Shown: one piece after another, positions 42,001 through 55,527 of the stretch
Position numbering within the stretch: the first letter of the stretch is position 1
How the letters are laid out: every line of letters starts with the position of its first letter
Source: Eledone cirrhosa
Lineage: Eukaryota
Assembly (NCBI GenBank): GCA_964016885.1
Contig: OZ024744.1
Location: forward strand, 8,928,001-8,992,000
DNA length: 64,000 bases
Direction: 5' to 3'
Notes under the pieces: generated by a model
Told to the model about the DNA's origin: nothing
Database searches by the model: none
Seen by the model: the letters and a program-made list of their open reading frames with translations, nothing else
Translations under genes and position numbers: made by a program

Positions 42001-45000
42001 ATTATTATTATTTTTATATGAGTCCCCAGTGTCCGCGCATTGCCTGGAGACTTAGCTGAGAATAGACCTACCTGATGACGCAATGAATTCTCAATAGTTT
42101 ATTACGTAACTGTCATTATCCCATTGCAGAATCTAATTAGTTGGAGTGAAAATTTTAGTAAGTAAGTTAATTTTTTAAAAATTTTTTTAAATTTTCTTAT
42201 TTTACGTCTTTTATATTATTGTTCTGCATCCTCCTGCATTGAACCACCTAGGTACTATGACATAACCTGTGTATTTGCTGACATTAGCGTACATCTGTGC
42301 GCATATGTTAGTAGATATACTAAATTCTCTATATTTAACTCCAAATCACTTTGTCGAGCAAACCTGCCAAAACCACTACTAAATTTTTGGTGTGTTAGTA
42401 GGCTTCTGTCATCTTACCATCCCACTCCTACCGACTAGCCTCAGTGTCACGTGATTGATTCTTTAGAATCTACCATTTGACCAGTAACAGCGAGATTTTC
42501 AGTGCATGGAATCCAGTTCCCGCTAGCTGTTTCATTTACCGAATTATTATTATTTTTATATGAGTCCCCAGTGTCCGCGCATTGCCTGGAGACTTAGCTG
42601 AGAATAGACCTCCCTGATGAAGCAATGAATTCTCACCAGTTTATTACGTAACTGTCTTTATCTCATTGCAGAAACTAATTAGTTGGAGTGAAGATTTTAG
42701 TAAGTAAGATAATTTTTAAAAAAAAATTTTAAATTTTCTTATTTTACGTCTTTTATATTATTGTTCTGCCTCCTCCTGTATTGAACCACCTAGGTACTAT
42801 GACATAACCTGTGTATTTGCTGACATTAGCGTACATCTGTGCGCATATGTTAGTAGATATACTAAATTCTCTATATTTATCTCCAAATCACTTTGTCGAG
42901 CAAACCTGCCAAAACCACTACTAAATTGTTGGTGTGTTAGTAGGCTTCTGTCATCTTACCATCCCACTCCTAGCGACTAGCCTCAGTGTCACGTGATTGA
43001 TTCTTTAGAATCTACCATTTGACCAGTGACAGCGAGATTTTCAGTGCATGGAATCCAGTCCCCGCTAGCTGTTCCATTTACCGAATTATTATTATTTTTA
43101 TATGAGTCCCCAGTGTCCGCGCATTGCCTGGAGACTTAGCTGAGAATAGACCTCCCTGATGACGCAATGAATTCTCAACAGTTTATTACGTAACTGTCTT
43201 TATCCCATTGCAGAAACTAATTAGTTGGAGTGAAAATTTTAGTAAGTAAGTTAATTTAAAAAAAATTTTTTTTAATTTTCTTATTTTACGTCTTTTATAT
43301 TATTGTTCTTCATCCTCCTGCATTGAACCACCTAGATACTATGACATAACCTGTGTATTTGCTGACATTAGCGTACATCTGTGCGCATATGTTAGTAGAT
43401 ATACTAAATTCTCTATATTTATCTCCAAATCACTTTGTCGAGCAAACCTGCCAAAACCACTACTAAATTTTTGGTTTGTTAGTAGGCTTCTGTCATCTTA
43501 CCATCCCACTCCTACCGACTAGCCTCAGTGTCACGTGATTGATTTTTTAGAATCTACCATTTGACCAGTGACAGCGAGATTTTCAGTTCATGGAATCCAG
43601 TCCCCGCTAGCTGTTCCATTTACCGAATTATTATTATTTTTATATGAGTCCCCAGTGTCCGCGCATTGCCTGGAGACTTAGCTGAGAATAGACCTCCCTG
43701 ATGACGCAATGAATTCTCAACAGTTTATTACGTAACTGTCTTTATCCCATTGCAGAAACTAATTAGTTGGAGTGAAAATTTTAGTAAGTTAATTTTTTTA
43801 AAAATTTTTTTAATTTTCTTATTTTACGTCTTTTATATTATTGTTCTGCATCCTCCTGCATTGAACCACCTAGGTACTATGACATAACCTGTGTATTTGC
43901 TGACATTAGCGTACATCTGTGCGCATATTTTAGTAGATATACTAAATTCTCTATTTTTAACTCCAAATCACTTTGTCGAGCAAACCTGCCAAAACCACTA
44001 CTAAATTTTTGGTGTGTTAGTAGGCTTCTGTCATCTTACCATCCCACTCCTACCGACTAGCCTCAGTGTCACGTGATTGATTCTTTAGAATCTACCATTT
44101 GACCAGTGACAGCGAGATTTTCAGTGCATGGAATCCAGTCCCCGCTAGCTGTTCCATTTACCGAATTATTATTATTTTTATATGAGTCCCCAGTGTCCGC
44201 GCATTGCCTGGAGACTTAGCTGAGAATAGACCTCCCTGATGACGCAATGAATTCTCAACAGTTTATTACGTAACTGTCTTTATCCCATTGCAGAAACTAA
44301 TTAGTTGGAGTGAAAATTTTAGTAAGTAAGTTAATTTTTTAAACATTTTTAAAATTTTCTTATTTTACGTCTTTTATATTATTGTTCTGCATCCTCCTGC
44401 ATTGAACCACCTAGATACTATGACATAACCTGTGTATTTGCTGACATTAGCGTACATCTGTGCGCATATGTTAGTAGATATACTAAATTCTCTATATTTA
44501 ACTCCAAATCACTTTGTCGAGCAAACCTGCCAAAACCACTACTAACTTTTTGGTGTGATAGTAGGCTTCTGTCATCTTACCATCCCACTCCTACCGACTA
44601 GCCTCAGTGTCACGTGATTGATTCTTTAGAATCTACCATTTGACCAGTGACAGCGAGATTTTCAGTGCATGGAATCCAGTCCCCGCTAGCTGTTCCATTT
44701 ACCGAATTATTATTATTTTTATATGAATCCCCAGTGTCCACGCATTGCCTGGAGACTTAGTTGAGAATAGACCTCCCTGATGACGCAATGAATTCTCAAC
44801 AGTTTATTACGTAACTGTCTTTATCCTATTGCAGAAACTAATTAGTTGGAGTGAAAATTTTAGTAAGTAAGTTAATTTTTTTTAAATGTTTAAAATTTTC
44901 TTATTTTACGTCTTTTGTACTATTGTTCTGCATCCTCCTGCATTGAACCACCTAGGTACTATGACATAACCTGTGTATTTGCTGACATTAGCGTACATCT

Positions 45001-48000
45001 GTGCGCATATGTTAGTAGATATACTAAATTCTCTATATTTAACTCCAAATCACTTTGTCGAGCAAACCTGCCAAAACCACTACTAAATTTTTGGTGTGTT
45101 AGTAGGCTTCTGTCATCTTACCATCCCACTCCTACCGACTAGCCTCAGTGTCACGTGATTGATTCTTTAGAATCTACCATTTGACCATTGACAGCGAGAT
45201 TTTCAGTGCATGGAATCCAGTCCCCGCTAGCTGTTCCATTTACCGAATTATTATTATTTTTATATGAGTCCCCAGTGTCCGCGCATTGCCTGGAGACTTA
45301 GCTGAGAATAGACCTCCCTGATGACGCAATGAATTCTCAACAGTTTATTACGTAACTGTCTTTATCCCATTGCAGAAACTAATAAGTTGGAGTGAAAATT
45401 TTAGTAAGTAAGTTAATTTTTTTAAAATTTTTTAAAATTTTCTTATTTTACGTCTTTTATATTATTGTTCTGCATCCTCCTGCATTGAACCACCTAGGTA
45501 CTATGACATAACCTGTGTATTTGCTGACATTAGCGTACATCTGTGCGCATATGTTAGTAGATATACTAAATTCTCTATATTTATCTCCAAATCACTTTGT
45601 CGAGTAAACCTGCCAAAACCACTACTAAATTTCTGGTGTGTTAGTAGGCTTCTGTCATCTTACCATCCCACTCCTACCGACTAGTCTCAGTGTCACGTGA
45701 TTGATTTTTTAGAATCTACCATTTGACCAGTGACAGCGAGATTTTCAGTGCATGGAATCCAGTCCCCGCTAGCTGCTCCATTTACCGAATTATTATTATT
45801 TTTATATATGAGTCCCCATTGTCCGCGCATTGCCTGGAGACTTAGCTGAGAATAGACCTCCCTGATGACGCAATGAATTCTCAACAGTTTATTACGTAAC
45901 TGTCTTTATCCCATTGCAGAAACTAATAAGTTGGAGTGAAAATTTTAGTAAGTAAGTTAATTTTTAAAAAATTTTTTTAAATTTTCTTATTTTACGTCTT
46001 TTATATTATTGTTCTGCATCCTCCTGCATTGAACCACTAGATACTATGACATAACCTGTGTATTTGCTGACATTAGCGTACATCTGTGCGCATATGTTAG
46101 TAGATATACTAAATTCTCTATATTTAACTCCAAATCATTTTGTCGAGCAAACCTGCCAAAACCACTACTAAATTTTTGGTGTGATAGTAGGCTTCTGTCA
46201 TCTTACCATCCCACTCCTACCGACTAGCCTCAGTGTCACGTGATTGATTTTTTAGAATCTACCATTTGACCAGTGACAGCGAGATTTTCAGTGCATGGAA
46301 TCCAGTCCCCGCTAGCTGTTCCATTTACCGAATTATTATTATTTGTATATGTGTCCCCAGTGTCCGCGCATTGCCTGGAGACTTAGCTGAGAATAGACCT
46401 CCCTGATGACGCAATGAATTCTCAACAGTTTATTACGTAACTGTCTTTATCCCATTGCAGAAACTAATTAGTTGGAGTGAAAATTTTAGTAAGTAAGTTA
46501 ATTTTTTAAAATTTTTTTTAAATTTTCTTATTTTACGTCTTTTATATTATTGTTCTGCATCCTCCTGCATTGAACCACCTAGATACTATGACATAACCTG
46601 TGTATTTGCTGACATTAGCGTACATCTGTGCGCATATGTTAGTAGATATATTAAATTCTCTATATTTATCTCCAAATCACTTTGTCGAGCAAACCTGCCA
46701 AAATCACTAATAAATTTTTGGTGTGTTAGTAGGCTTCTGTCATCTTACCATCCCACTCCTACCGACTAGCCTAGGTGTCACGTGATTGATTCTTTAGAAT
46801 CTACCATTTGACCAGTGACAGCGAGATTTTCAGTGCATGGAATCCAGTCCCCGCTAGCTGTTCCATTTACCGAATTATTATTATTTTTATATGAGTCCCC
46901 AGTGTCCGCGCATTGCCTGGAGACTTAGCTGAGAATAGACCTACCTGATGACGCAATGAATTCTCAATAGTTTATTACGTAACTGTCTTTATCCCATTGC
47001 AGAAACTAATTAGTTGGAGTGAAAATTTTAGTAAGTTAATTCTTAAAAAAATTTTTTTAATTTTCTTATTTTACGTCTTTTATATTATTGTTCTGCATCC
47101 TCCTGCATTGAACCACCTAGGTACTATGACATAACCTGTGTATTTGCTGACATTAGCGTACATCTGTGCGCATATGTTAGTAGATATACTAAATTCTCTA
47201 TATTTAACTCCAAATCACTTTGTCGAGCAAACCTGCCAAAACCATTACTAAATTTTTGGTGTGTTAGTAGGCTTCTGTCATCTTACCATCCCACTCCTAC
47301 CGACTAGCCTCAGTGTCACGTGATTGACTCTTTAGAATCTACCATTTGACCAGTGACAGCGAGATTTTCAGTGCATGGAATCCAGTCCCCGCTAGCTGTT
47401 TCATTTACCGAATCATTATTATTTTTATATGAGTCCCCAGTGTCCGCGCATTGCCTGGAGACTTAGCTGAGAATAGACCTCCCTGATGACGCAATGAATT
47501 CTCAACAGTTTATTACGTAACTGTCTTTATCCCATTGCAGAAACTAATAAGTTGGAGTGAAAATTTTAGTAAGTAAGTTAATTTTTTTTTAATTTTTTTA
47601 AATTTTCTTATTTTACGTCTTTTATATTATTGTTCTGCATCCTCCTGCATTGAACCACCTAGGTACTATGACATAACCTGTGTATTTGCTGACATTAGCG
47701 TACATCTGTGCGCATATGTTAGTAGATATACTAAATTCTCTATATTTATCTCCAAATCACTTTGTCGAGTAAACCTGCCAAAACCACTACTAAATTTCTG
47801 GTGTGTTAGTAGGCTTCTGTCATCTTACCATCCCACTCCTACCGACTAGTCTCAGTGTCACGTGATTGATTTTTTAGAATCTACCATTTGACCAGTGACA
47901 GCGAGATTTTCAGTGCATGGAATCCAGTCCCCGCTAGCTGCTCCATTTACCGAATTATTATTATTTTTATATTTGAGTCCCCAGTGTCCGCGCATTGCCT

Positions 48001-51000
48001 GGAGACTTAGCTGAGAATAGACCTCCCTGATGACGCAATGAATTCTCAACAGTTTATTACGTAACTGTCTTTATCCCATTGCAGAAACTAATAAGTTGGA
48101 GTGAAAATTTTAGTAAGTAAGTTAATTTTTAAAAAATTTTTTTAAATTTTCTTATTTTACGTCTTTTATATTATTGTTCTGCATCCTCCTGCATTGAACC
48201 ACCTAGATACTATGACATAACCTGTGTATTTGCTGACATTAGCGTACATCTGTGCGCATATGTTAGTAGATATACTAAATTCTCTATATTTAACTCCAAA
48301 TCATTTTGTCGAGCAAACCTGCCAAAACCACTACTAAATTTTTGGTGTGATAGTAGGCTTCTGTCATCTTACCATCCCACTCCTACCGACTAGCCTCAGT
48401 GTCACGTGATTGATTTTTTAGAATCTACCATTTGACCAGTGACAGCGAGATTTTCAGTGCATGGAATCCAGTCCCCGCTAGCTGTTCCATTTACCGAATT
48501 ATTATTATTTGTATATGTGTCCCCAGTGTCCGCGCATTGCCTGGAGACTTAGCTGAGAATAGACCTCCCTGATGACGCAATGAATTCTCAACAGTTTATT
48601 ACGTAACTGTCTTTATCCCATTGCAGAAACTAATTAGTTGGAGTGAAAATTTTAGTAAGTAAGTTAATTTTTTAAAAATTTTTTTAAATTTTCTTATTTT
48701 ACGTCTTTTATATTATTGTTCTGCATCCTCCTGCATTGAACCACCTAGATACTATGACATAACCTGTGTATTTGCTGACATTAGCGTACATCTGTGCGCA
48801 TATGTTAGTAGATATATTAAATTCTCTATATTTATCTCCAAATCACTTTGTCGAGCAAACCTGCCAAAATCACTAATAAATTTTTGGTGTGTTAGTAGGC
48901 TTCTGTCATCTTACCATCCCACTCCTACCGACTAGCCTAGGTGTCACGTGATTGATTCTTTAGAATCTACCATTTGACCAGTGACAGCGAGATTTTCAGT
49001 GCATGGAATCCAGTCCCCGCTAGCTGTTCCATTTACCGAATTATTATTATTTTTATATGAGTCCCCAGTGTCCGCGCATTGCCTGGAGACTTAGCTGAGA
49101 ATAGACCTACCTGATGACGCAATGAATTCTCAATAGTTTATTACGTAACTGTCTTTATCCCATTGCAGAAACTAATTAGTTGGAGTGAAAATTTTAGTAA
49201 GTTAATTCTTAAAAAAATTTTTTAAATTTTCTTATTTTACGTCTTTTATATTATTGTTCTGCATCCTCCTGCATTGAACCACCTAGGTACTATGACATAA
49301 CCTGTGTATTTGCTGACATTAGCGTACATCTGTGCGCATATGTTAGTAGATATACTAAATTCTCTATATTTAACTCCAAATCACTTTGTCGAGCAAACCT
49401 GCCAAAACCATTACTAAATTTTTGGTGTGTTAGTAGGCTTCTGTCATCTTACCATCCCACTCCTACCGACTAGCCTCAGTGTCACGTGATTGACTCTTTA
49501 GAATCTACCATTTGACCAGTGACAGCGAGATTTTCAGTGCATGGAATCCAGTCCCCGCTAGCTGTTTCATTTACCGAATCATTATTATTTTTATATGAGT
49601 CCCCAGTGTCCGCGCATTGCCTGGAGACTTAGCTGAGAATAGACCTCCCTGATGAAGCAATGAATTCTCAACAGTTTATTACGTAACTGTCTTTATCCCA
49701 TTGCAGAAACTAATTAGTTGGAGTGAAAATTTTAGTAAGTAAGTTAATTTTTAAAAAAAAATTTTAAATTTTCTTATTTTACGTCTTTTATATTATTGTT
49801 CTGCCTCCTCCTGCATTGAACCACCTAGGTACTATGACATAACCTGTGTATTTGCTGACATTAGCGTACATCTGTGCGCATATGTTAGTAGATATACTAA
49901 ATTCTCTATATTTATCTCCAAATCACTTTGTCGAGCAAACCTGCCAAAACCACTAATAAATTTTTGGTGTGTTAGTAGGCTTCTGTCATCTTACCATCCC
50001 ACTCCTACCGACTAGCCTCAGTGTCACGTGATTGATTCTTTAGAATCTACCATTTGACCAGTGACAGCGAGATTTTCAGTGCATGGAATCCAGTCCTCGC
50101 TAGCTGTTTCATTTACCGAATTATTATTATTTTTATATGAGTCCCCAGTGTCCGCGCATTGCCTGGAGACTTAGCTGAGAATAGACCTACCTGATGACGC
50201 AATGAATTCTCAATAGTTTATTACGTAACTGTCTTTATCCCATTGCAGAAACTAATTAGTTGGAGTGAAAATTTTAGTAAGTAAGTTAATTTTTTAAAGT
50301 TTTTTTAAAATTTTCTCATTTTACGTCTTTTATATTATTGTTCTGCATCCTCCTGCATTGAACCACCTAGGTACTATGACATAACCTGTGTATTTGCTGA
50401 CATTAGCGTACATCTGTGCGCATATGTTAGTAGATATACTAAATTCTCTATATTTATCTCCAAATCACTTTGTCGAGCAAACCTGCCAAAACCACTACTA
50501 AATTTTTGGTGTGTTAGTAGGCTTCTGTCATCTTACCATCCCACTCCTACCGACTAGCCTCAGTGTCACGTGATTGATTCTTTAGAATCTACCATTTGAC
50601 CAGTGACAGCGAGATTTTCAGTGCATGGAATCCAGTCCCCGCTAGCTGTTCCATTTACCGAATTATTATTATTTTTATATATGAGTCCCCAGTGTCCGCG
50701 CATTGCCTGGAGACTTAGCTGAGAATAGACCTCCCTGATGACGCAATGAATTCTCAACAGTTTATTACGTAACTGTCTTTATCCCATTGCAGAAAGTAAT
50801 AAGTTGGAGTGAAAATTTTAGTAAGTAAGTTAATTTTTTAAAAATTTTTTTTAATTTTCTTAATTTACGTCTTTTATATTATTGTTCTGCATCCTCCTGC
50901 ATTGAACCACCTAGATACTATGACATAACCTTGTATTTGCTGACATTAGCGTACATCTGTGCGCATATCTTAGTAGATATACTAAATTCTCTATATTTAA

Positions 51001-54000
51001 CTCCAAATCACTTTGTCGAGCAAACCTGCCAAAACCACTACTAAATTTTTGGTGTGATAGTAGGCTTCTGTCATCTTACCATCCCAATCCTACCGACTAG
51101 CCTCAGTGTCACGTGATTGATTTTTTAGAATCTACCATTTGACCAGTGACAGCGAGATTTTCAGTGCATGGAATCCAGTCCCCGCTAGCTGTTCCATTTA
51201 CCGAATTATTATTATTTTTATATGAGTCCCCAGTGTCCGCGCATTGCCTGGAGACTTAGCTGAGAATAGACCTCCCTGATGACGCAATGAATTCTCAACA
51301 GTTTATTACGTAAGTGTCTTTATCCCATTGCAGAAACTAATTAGTTGGAGTGAAAATGTTAGTAAGTAAGTTAATTTTTTAAAAAAATTTTTAAATTTTC
51401 TTATTTTACGTCTTTTATATTATTGTTCTGCATCCTCCTGCATTGAACCACCTAGGTACTATGACATAACCTGTGTATTTGCTGACATTAGCGTACATCT
51501 GTGCGCATATGTTAGTAGATATACTAAATTCTCTATATTTATCTCCAAATCACTTTGTCGAGCAAACCTGCCAAAACCACTACTAAATTTTTGGTGTGTT
51601 AGTAGGCTTCTGTCATCTTACCATCCCACTCCTACCGACTAGCCACAGTGTCACGTGATTGATTTTTTAGAATCTACCATTTGACCAGTGACAGCGAGAT
51701 TTTCAGTTCATGGAATCCAGTCCCCGCTAGCTGTTCCATTTACCGAATTATTATTATTTTTATATGAGTCCCCAGTGTCCGCGCATTGCCTGGAGACTTA
51801 GCTGAGAATAGACCTCCCTGATGACGCAATGAATTCTCAACAGTTTATTACGTAACTGTCTTTATCCCATTGCAGAAACTAATTAGTTGGAGTGAAAATT
51901 TTAGTAAGTAAGTTAATTTTTTTAAACTTTTTTTAAATTTTCTTATTTTACGTCTTTTATATTATTGTTCTGCATCCTCCTGCATTGAACCACCTAGGTA
52001 CTATGACATAACCTGTGTATTTGCTGACTTTAGCGTACATCTGTGCGCATATGTTAGTAGATATACTAAATTCTCTATATTTATCTCCAAATCACTTTGT
52101 CGAGCAAACCTGCCAAAACCACTACTAAATTTTTGGTGTGTTAGTAGGCTTCTGTCATCTTACCATCCCACTCCTACCGACTAGCCTCAGTGTCACGTGA
52201 TTGATTCTTTAGAATCTACCATTTGACCAGTGACAGCGAGATTTTCAGTGCATGGAATCCAGTCCCCGCTAGCTGTTCCAGTTACCGAATTATTATTATT
52301 TTTATATGAGTCCCCAGTGTCCGCGCATTGCCTGGAGACTTAGCTGAGAATAGACCTCCATGATGACGCAATGAATTCTCAACAGTTTATTACGTAACTG
52401 TCTTTATCCCATTGCAGAAACTAATTAGTTGGAGTGAAAATTTTAGTAAGTAAGTTAATTTTTTAAAAAATTTTTAAAATGTTCTTATTTTACGTCTTTT
52501 ATATTATTGTTCTGCATCCTCCTGCATTGAACCACCTAGATACTATGACATAACCTGTGTATTTGCTGACATTAGCGTACATCTGTGCGCATATGTTAGT
52601 AGATATACTAAATTCTCTATATTTATCTCCAAATCACTTTGTCGAGCAAACCTGCCAAAACCACTACTAAATTTTTGGTGTGTTAGTAGGCTTCTGTCAT
52701 CTTACCATCCCACTCCTACCGACTAGCCTCAGTGTCACGTGATTGATTCTTTAGAATCTACCATTTGACCAGTGACAGTGAGATTTTCAGTGCATGGAAT
52801 CCAGTCCTCGCTAGCTGTTCCATTTACCGAATTGTTATTATTTTTATATGAGTCCCCAGTGTCCGCGCATTGCCTGGAGACTTAGCTGAGAATAGACCTC
52901 CCCGATGACGCAATGAATTCTCAACAGTTTATTACGTAACTGTCTTTATCCCATTGCAGAAACTAATTAGTTGGAGTGAAAACTTTAGTAAGTAAGTTAA
53001 TTTTTTTAAGTTTTTTTTAAATTTTCTTATTTTACGTCTTTTAACCACCTAGGTACTATGACATAACCTGTGTATTTGCTGACATTAGCGTACATCTGTG
53101 CGCATATGTTAGTAGATATACTAAATTCTCTATATTTATCTCCAAATCACTTTGTCGAGCAAACCTGCCAAAACCACTACGAAATTTTTGGTGTGTTAGT
53201 AGGCTTCTGTCATCTTACCATCCCACTCCTACCGACTAGCCTCAGTGTCACGTGATTGATTCTTTAGAATCTACCATTTGACCAGTGACAGCGAGATTTT
53301 CAGTGCATGGAATCCAGTCCCCGCTAGCTGTTCCATTTACCGAATTATTATTATTTTTATATGAGTCCCCAGTGTCCGCGCATTGCCTGGAGACTTAGCT
53401 GAGTATAGACCTCCCCGATGACGCAATGAATTCTCAACAGTTTATTACGTAACTGTCTTTATCCCATTGCAGAAACTAATTAGTTGGAGTGAAAACTTTA
53501 GTAAGTAAGTTAATTTTTTAAAGTTTTTTTTAAATTTTCTTGTTTTACGTCTTTTAACCACCTAGGTACTATGACATAACCTGTGTATTTGCTGACATTA
53601 GCGTACATCTGTGCGCATATGTTAGTAGATATACTAAATTCTCTATATTTATCTCCAAATCACTTTGTCCAGCAAACCTGCCAAAACCACTACTAAATTT
53701 TTGGTGTGTTAGTAGGCTTCTGTCATCTTACCATCCCACTCCTACCGACTAGCCTCAGTGTTACGTGATTGATTCTTTAGAATCTACCATTTGACCAGTG
53801 ACAGCGAGATTTTCAGTGCATGGAATCCAGTCCCCGCTAGCTGTTCCATTTACCGAATTATTATTATTTTTATATGAGTCCCCAGTGTCCGCGCATTGCC
53901 TGGAGACTTAGCTGAGAATAGACCTCCCTGATGACGCAATGAATTCTCAACAGTTTATTACGTAACTGTCTTTATCCCATTGCAGAAACTAATTAGTTGG

Positions 54001-54179
54001 AGTGAACATTTTAGTAAGTAAGTTAATTTTTTTTAATTTTTTTAAAATTTTCTTATTTTACGTCTTTTATATTATTGTTCTGCATCCTCCTGCATTGAAC
54101 CACCTAGGTACTATGACATAACCTGTGTATTTGCTGACATTAGCGTACATCTGTGCGCATATGTTAGTAGATATACTAA

Positions 54180-54184
<5 letters not shown>
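1..54184 (+). repeat. Tandem satellite array, ~541-bp monomer, about 100 copies (runs off the left edge of the window)
   Basis: The same unit (TATTATTGTTCTGCATCCTCC...TTTTACGTCTTTTA) recurs every ~540-542 bp with only scattered substitutions and small indels. The last copy is truncated at ...ACTAAATTCT, running into (TA)n. Confidence 0.99.
397..475 (+). ncRNA. Type I hammerhead ribozyme-like motif (first copy shown; one per monomer)
   Basis: Stem I CTCC 397-400/GGAG 472-475; core CTGATGA 401-407; stem II TGCAATG 408-414/CATTGCA 451-457 enclosing hairpin ACAGTT 423-428/AACTGT 437-442; GAAA 458-461; palindromic stem III ACTAATTAGT 461-470; GUU triplet 469-471. Order and pairing match the hammerhead consensus. 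Folded by eye only. Confidence 0.7.

Positions 54185-54221
<37 letters not shown>
54184..54221. repeat. (TA)n microsatellite at the array terminus
   Basis: Pure TA run directly abutting the truncated last monomer. Confidence 0.97.
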
Positions 54222-54222
<1 letters not shown>

Positions 54223-55089
54223 TTGGGGAGGGTCATATTTGTGTAATATTGCCAGAATTAATAACGGAACACACTCACTGTTTGGTTGGTTTTCGCTTTT
54301 CGCTTCTGTGTCTTTTATATCGGCAATCTAATTTATTCGGTCCTCGATGTTGCCATTGACTGACCAACGGTCAAATATAATACAGATACAATATAGACAC
54401 AAACACATATATATAGTTTATCAAAGTTCTTTCGTTGCACATCTGCAACATCGTCAGCGGTGCTATTGTTTCCTCCCGTTGCATTGTATTTTCTACATAT
54501 ATATAGGCAAACATACTTAGACTCACATACATATATCCCACACATATTTTTCCTGTTTTATTATATACATATTCGCACACATCTTTCACTATATAAATTC
54601 ATATTCATGCACACACATGCATATATCATACATATATCATACATTTAACAATATGCATATTCGAAATTTTAACATCTTTTCATTTCATTTCACTTAAATC
54701 TGCTCCCATACAAACAAGTCTATCCGATCGATTTTTAAGTCCCTTATAGGGTTAGTCCCTTGATAATGGGATCTTTAAATTTGCTAAGGTAAGATTCTTT
54801 TGTTATTTTGTCAATTTAACATTCTTCATACGCATTGTATTGGTCTTCAAATTTAAATTTGTATTTCATATATATACATAGATACATGATGGTTTCCCCC
54901 TCGTTATCAAGTATGGCCTTCGCACGATATACCATTATTAATAATTATTAATTAATTATATCGTGCAATGCCTGTGCGTGAAGATATTTTTTAAAGTGAG
55001 GAAAGACTGTGCACTGAACCAATCCCACTCTCTGAGCGACAGTAGCTATAACCCGAAAAGAAGAAAAGATCAACATCATCAGTAACTAC

Positions 55090-55425
55090 TGAGTCGCAGG
55101 TTTTATATCGGAGTTATCCCAGGTTCCTGAGTTGCCTTCTCCTAGAAGAATGCCCTGACAAAGGCTCGGGGTCCTTCACTCCCAGTGGTTTAACCGTGCG
55201 GTACATGTGTATATACATATTTACACACTTCCGGATGGCCGTTGATTATTATTAGTTCTTCCGCTCTTTGTCAGGTTTTGTTTTTGTCCTCAGGATGTCC
55301 AAAATCACCCTCCTCGCCAAGTAAACTTGGTGGGGTTGCCGGTTTAGTCGCCGACGAGCCGACCATGCGACAGGTTGTACTGGATTACATGTTACCAGAA
55401 GCACTCAAGAGTGACCCGACATAAC
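55090..55425 (-). mobile_element. Probable interspersed repeat fragment (possibly RTE-LINE related)
   Basis: GC-richer island. The minus strand GAGCCTTTGTCAGGGCATTCTTCTAGGAGAAGGCAACTC resembles a motif I recall from RTE-clade elements. No coding motif seen; unverified. Confidence 0.3.
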
Positions 55426-55527
55426 GTAGATACATAGATACAAACATACCTACATACCTACACACAGACGCAAACAAACACAGACCAACCCCACACACAC
55501 GCACACATATATATATATATAAAATAG

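Noticed and set aside
1-54184. CRISPR array, or 5S/tRNA/snRNA/histone gene cluster
   Set aside because: There are no unique spacers, and I could not match 5S, tRNA, U1/U2/U4/U5/U6 or histone sequence on either strand. TTATCCCATTGCA is only a short U1-like coincidence.
3770-54331. Short ORFs (61-75 aa) inside the satellite
   Set aside because: They are open in only a few copies through chance substitutions or a 2-bp TA insertion, mostly use non-ATG starts and show no recognisable domain.
54750-54800. CTTGATAATGGGATC as a hammerhead core
   Set aside because: No following GAAA or stem III found.
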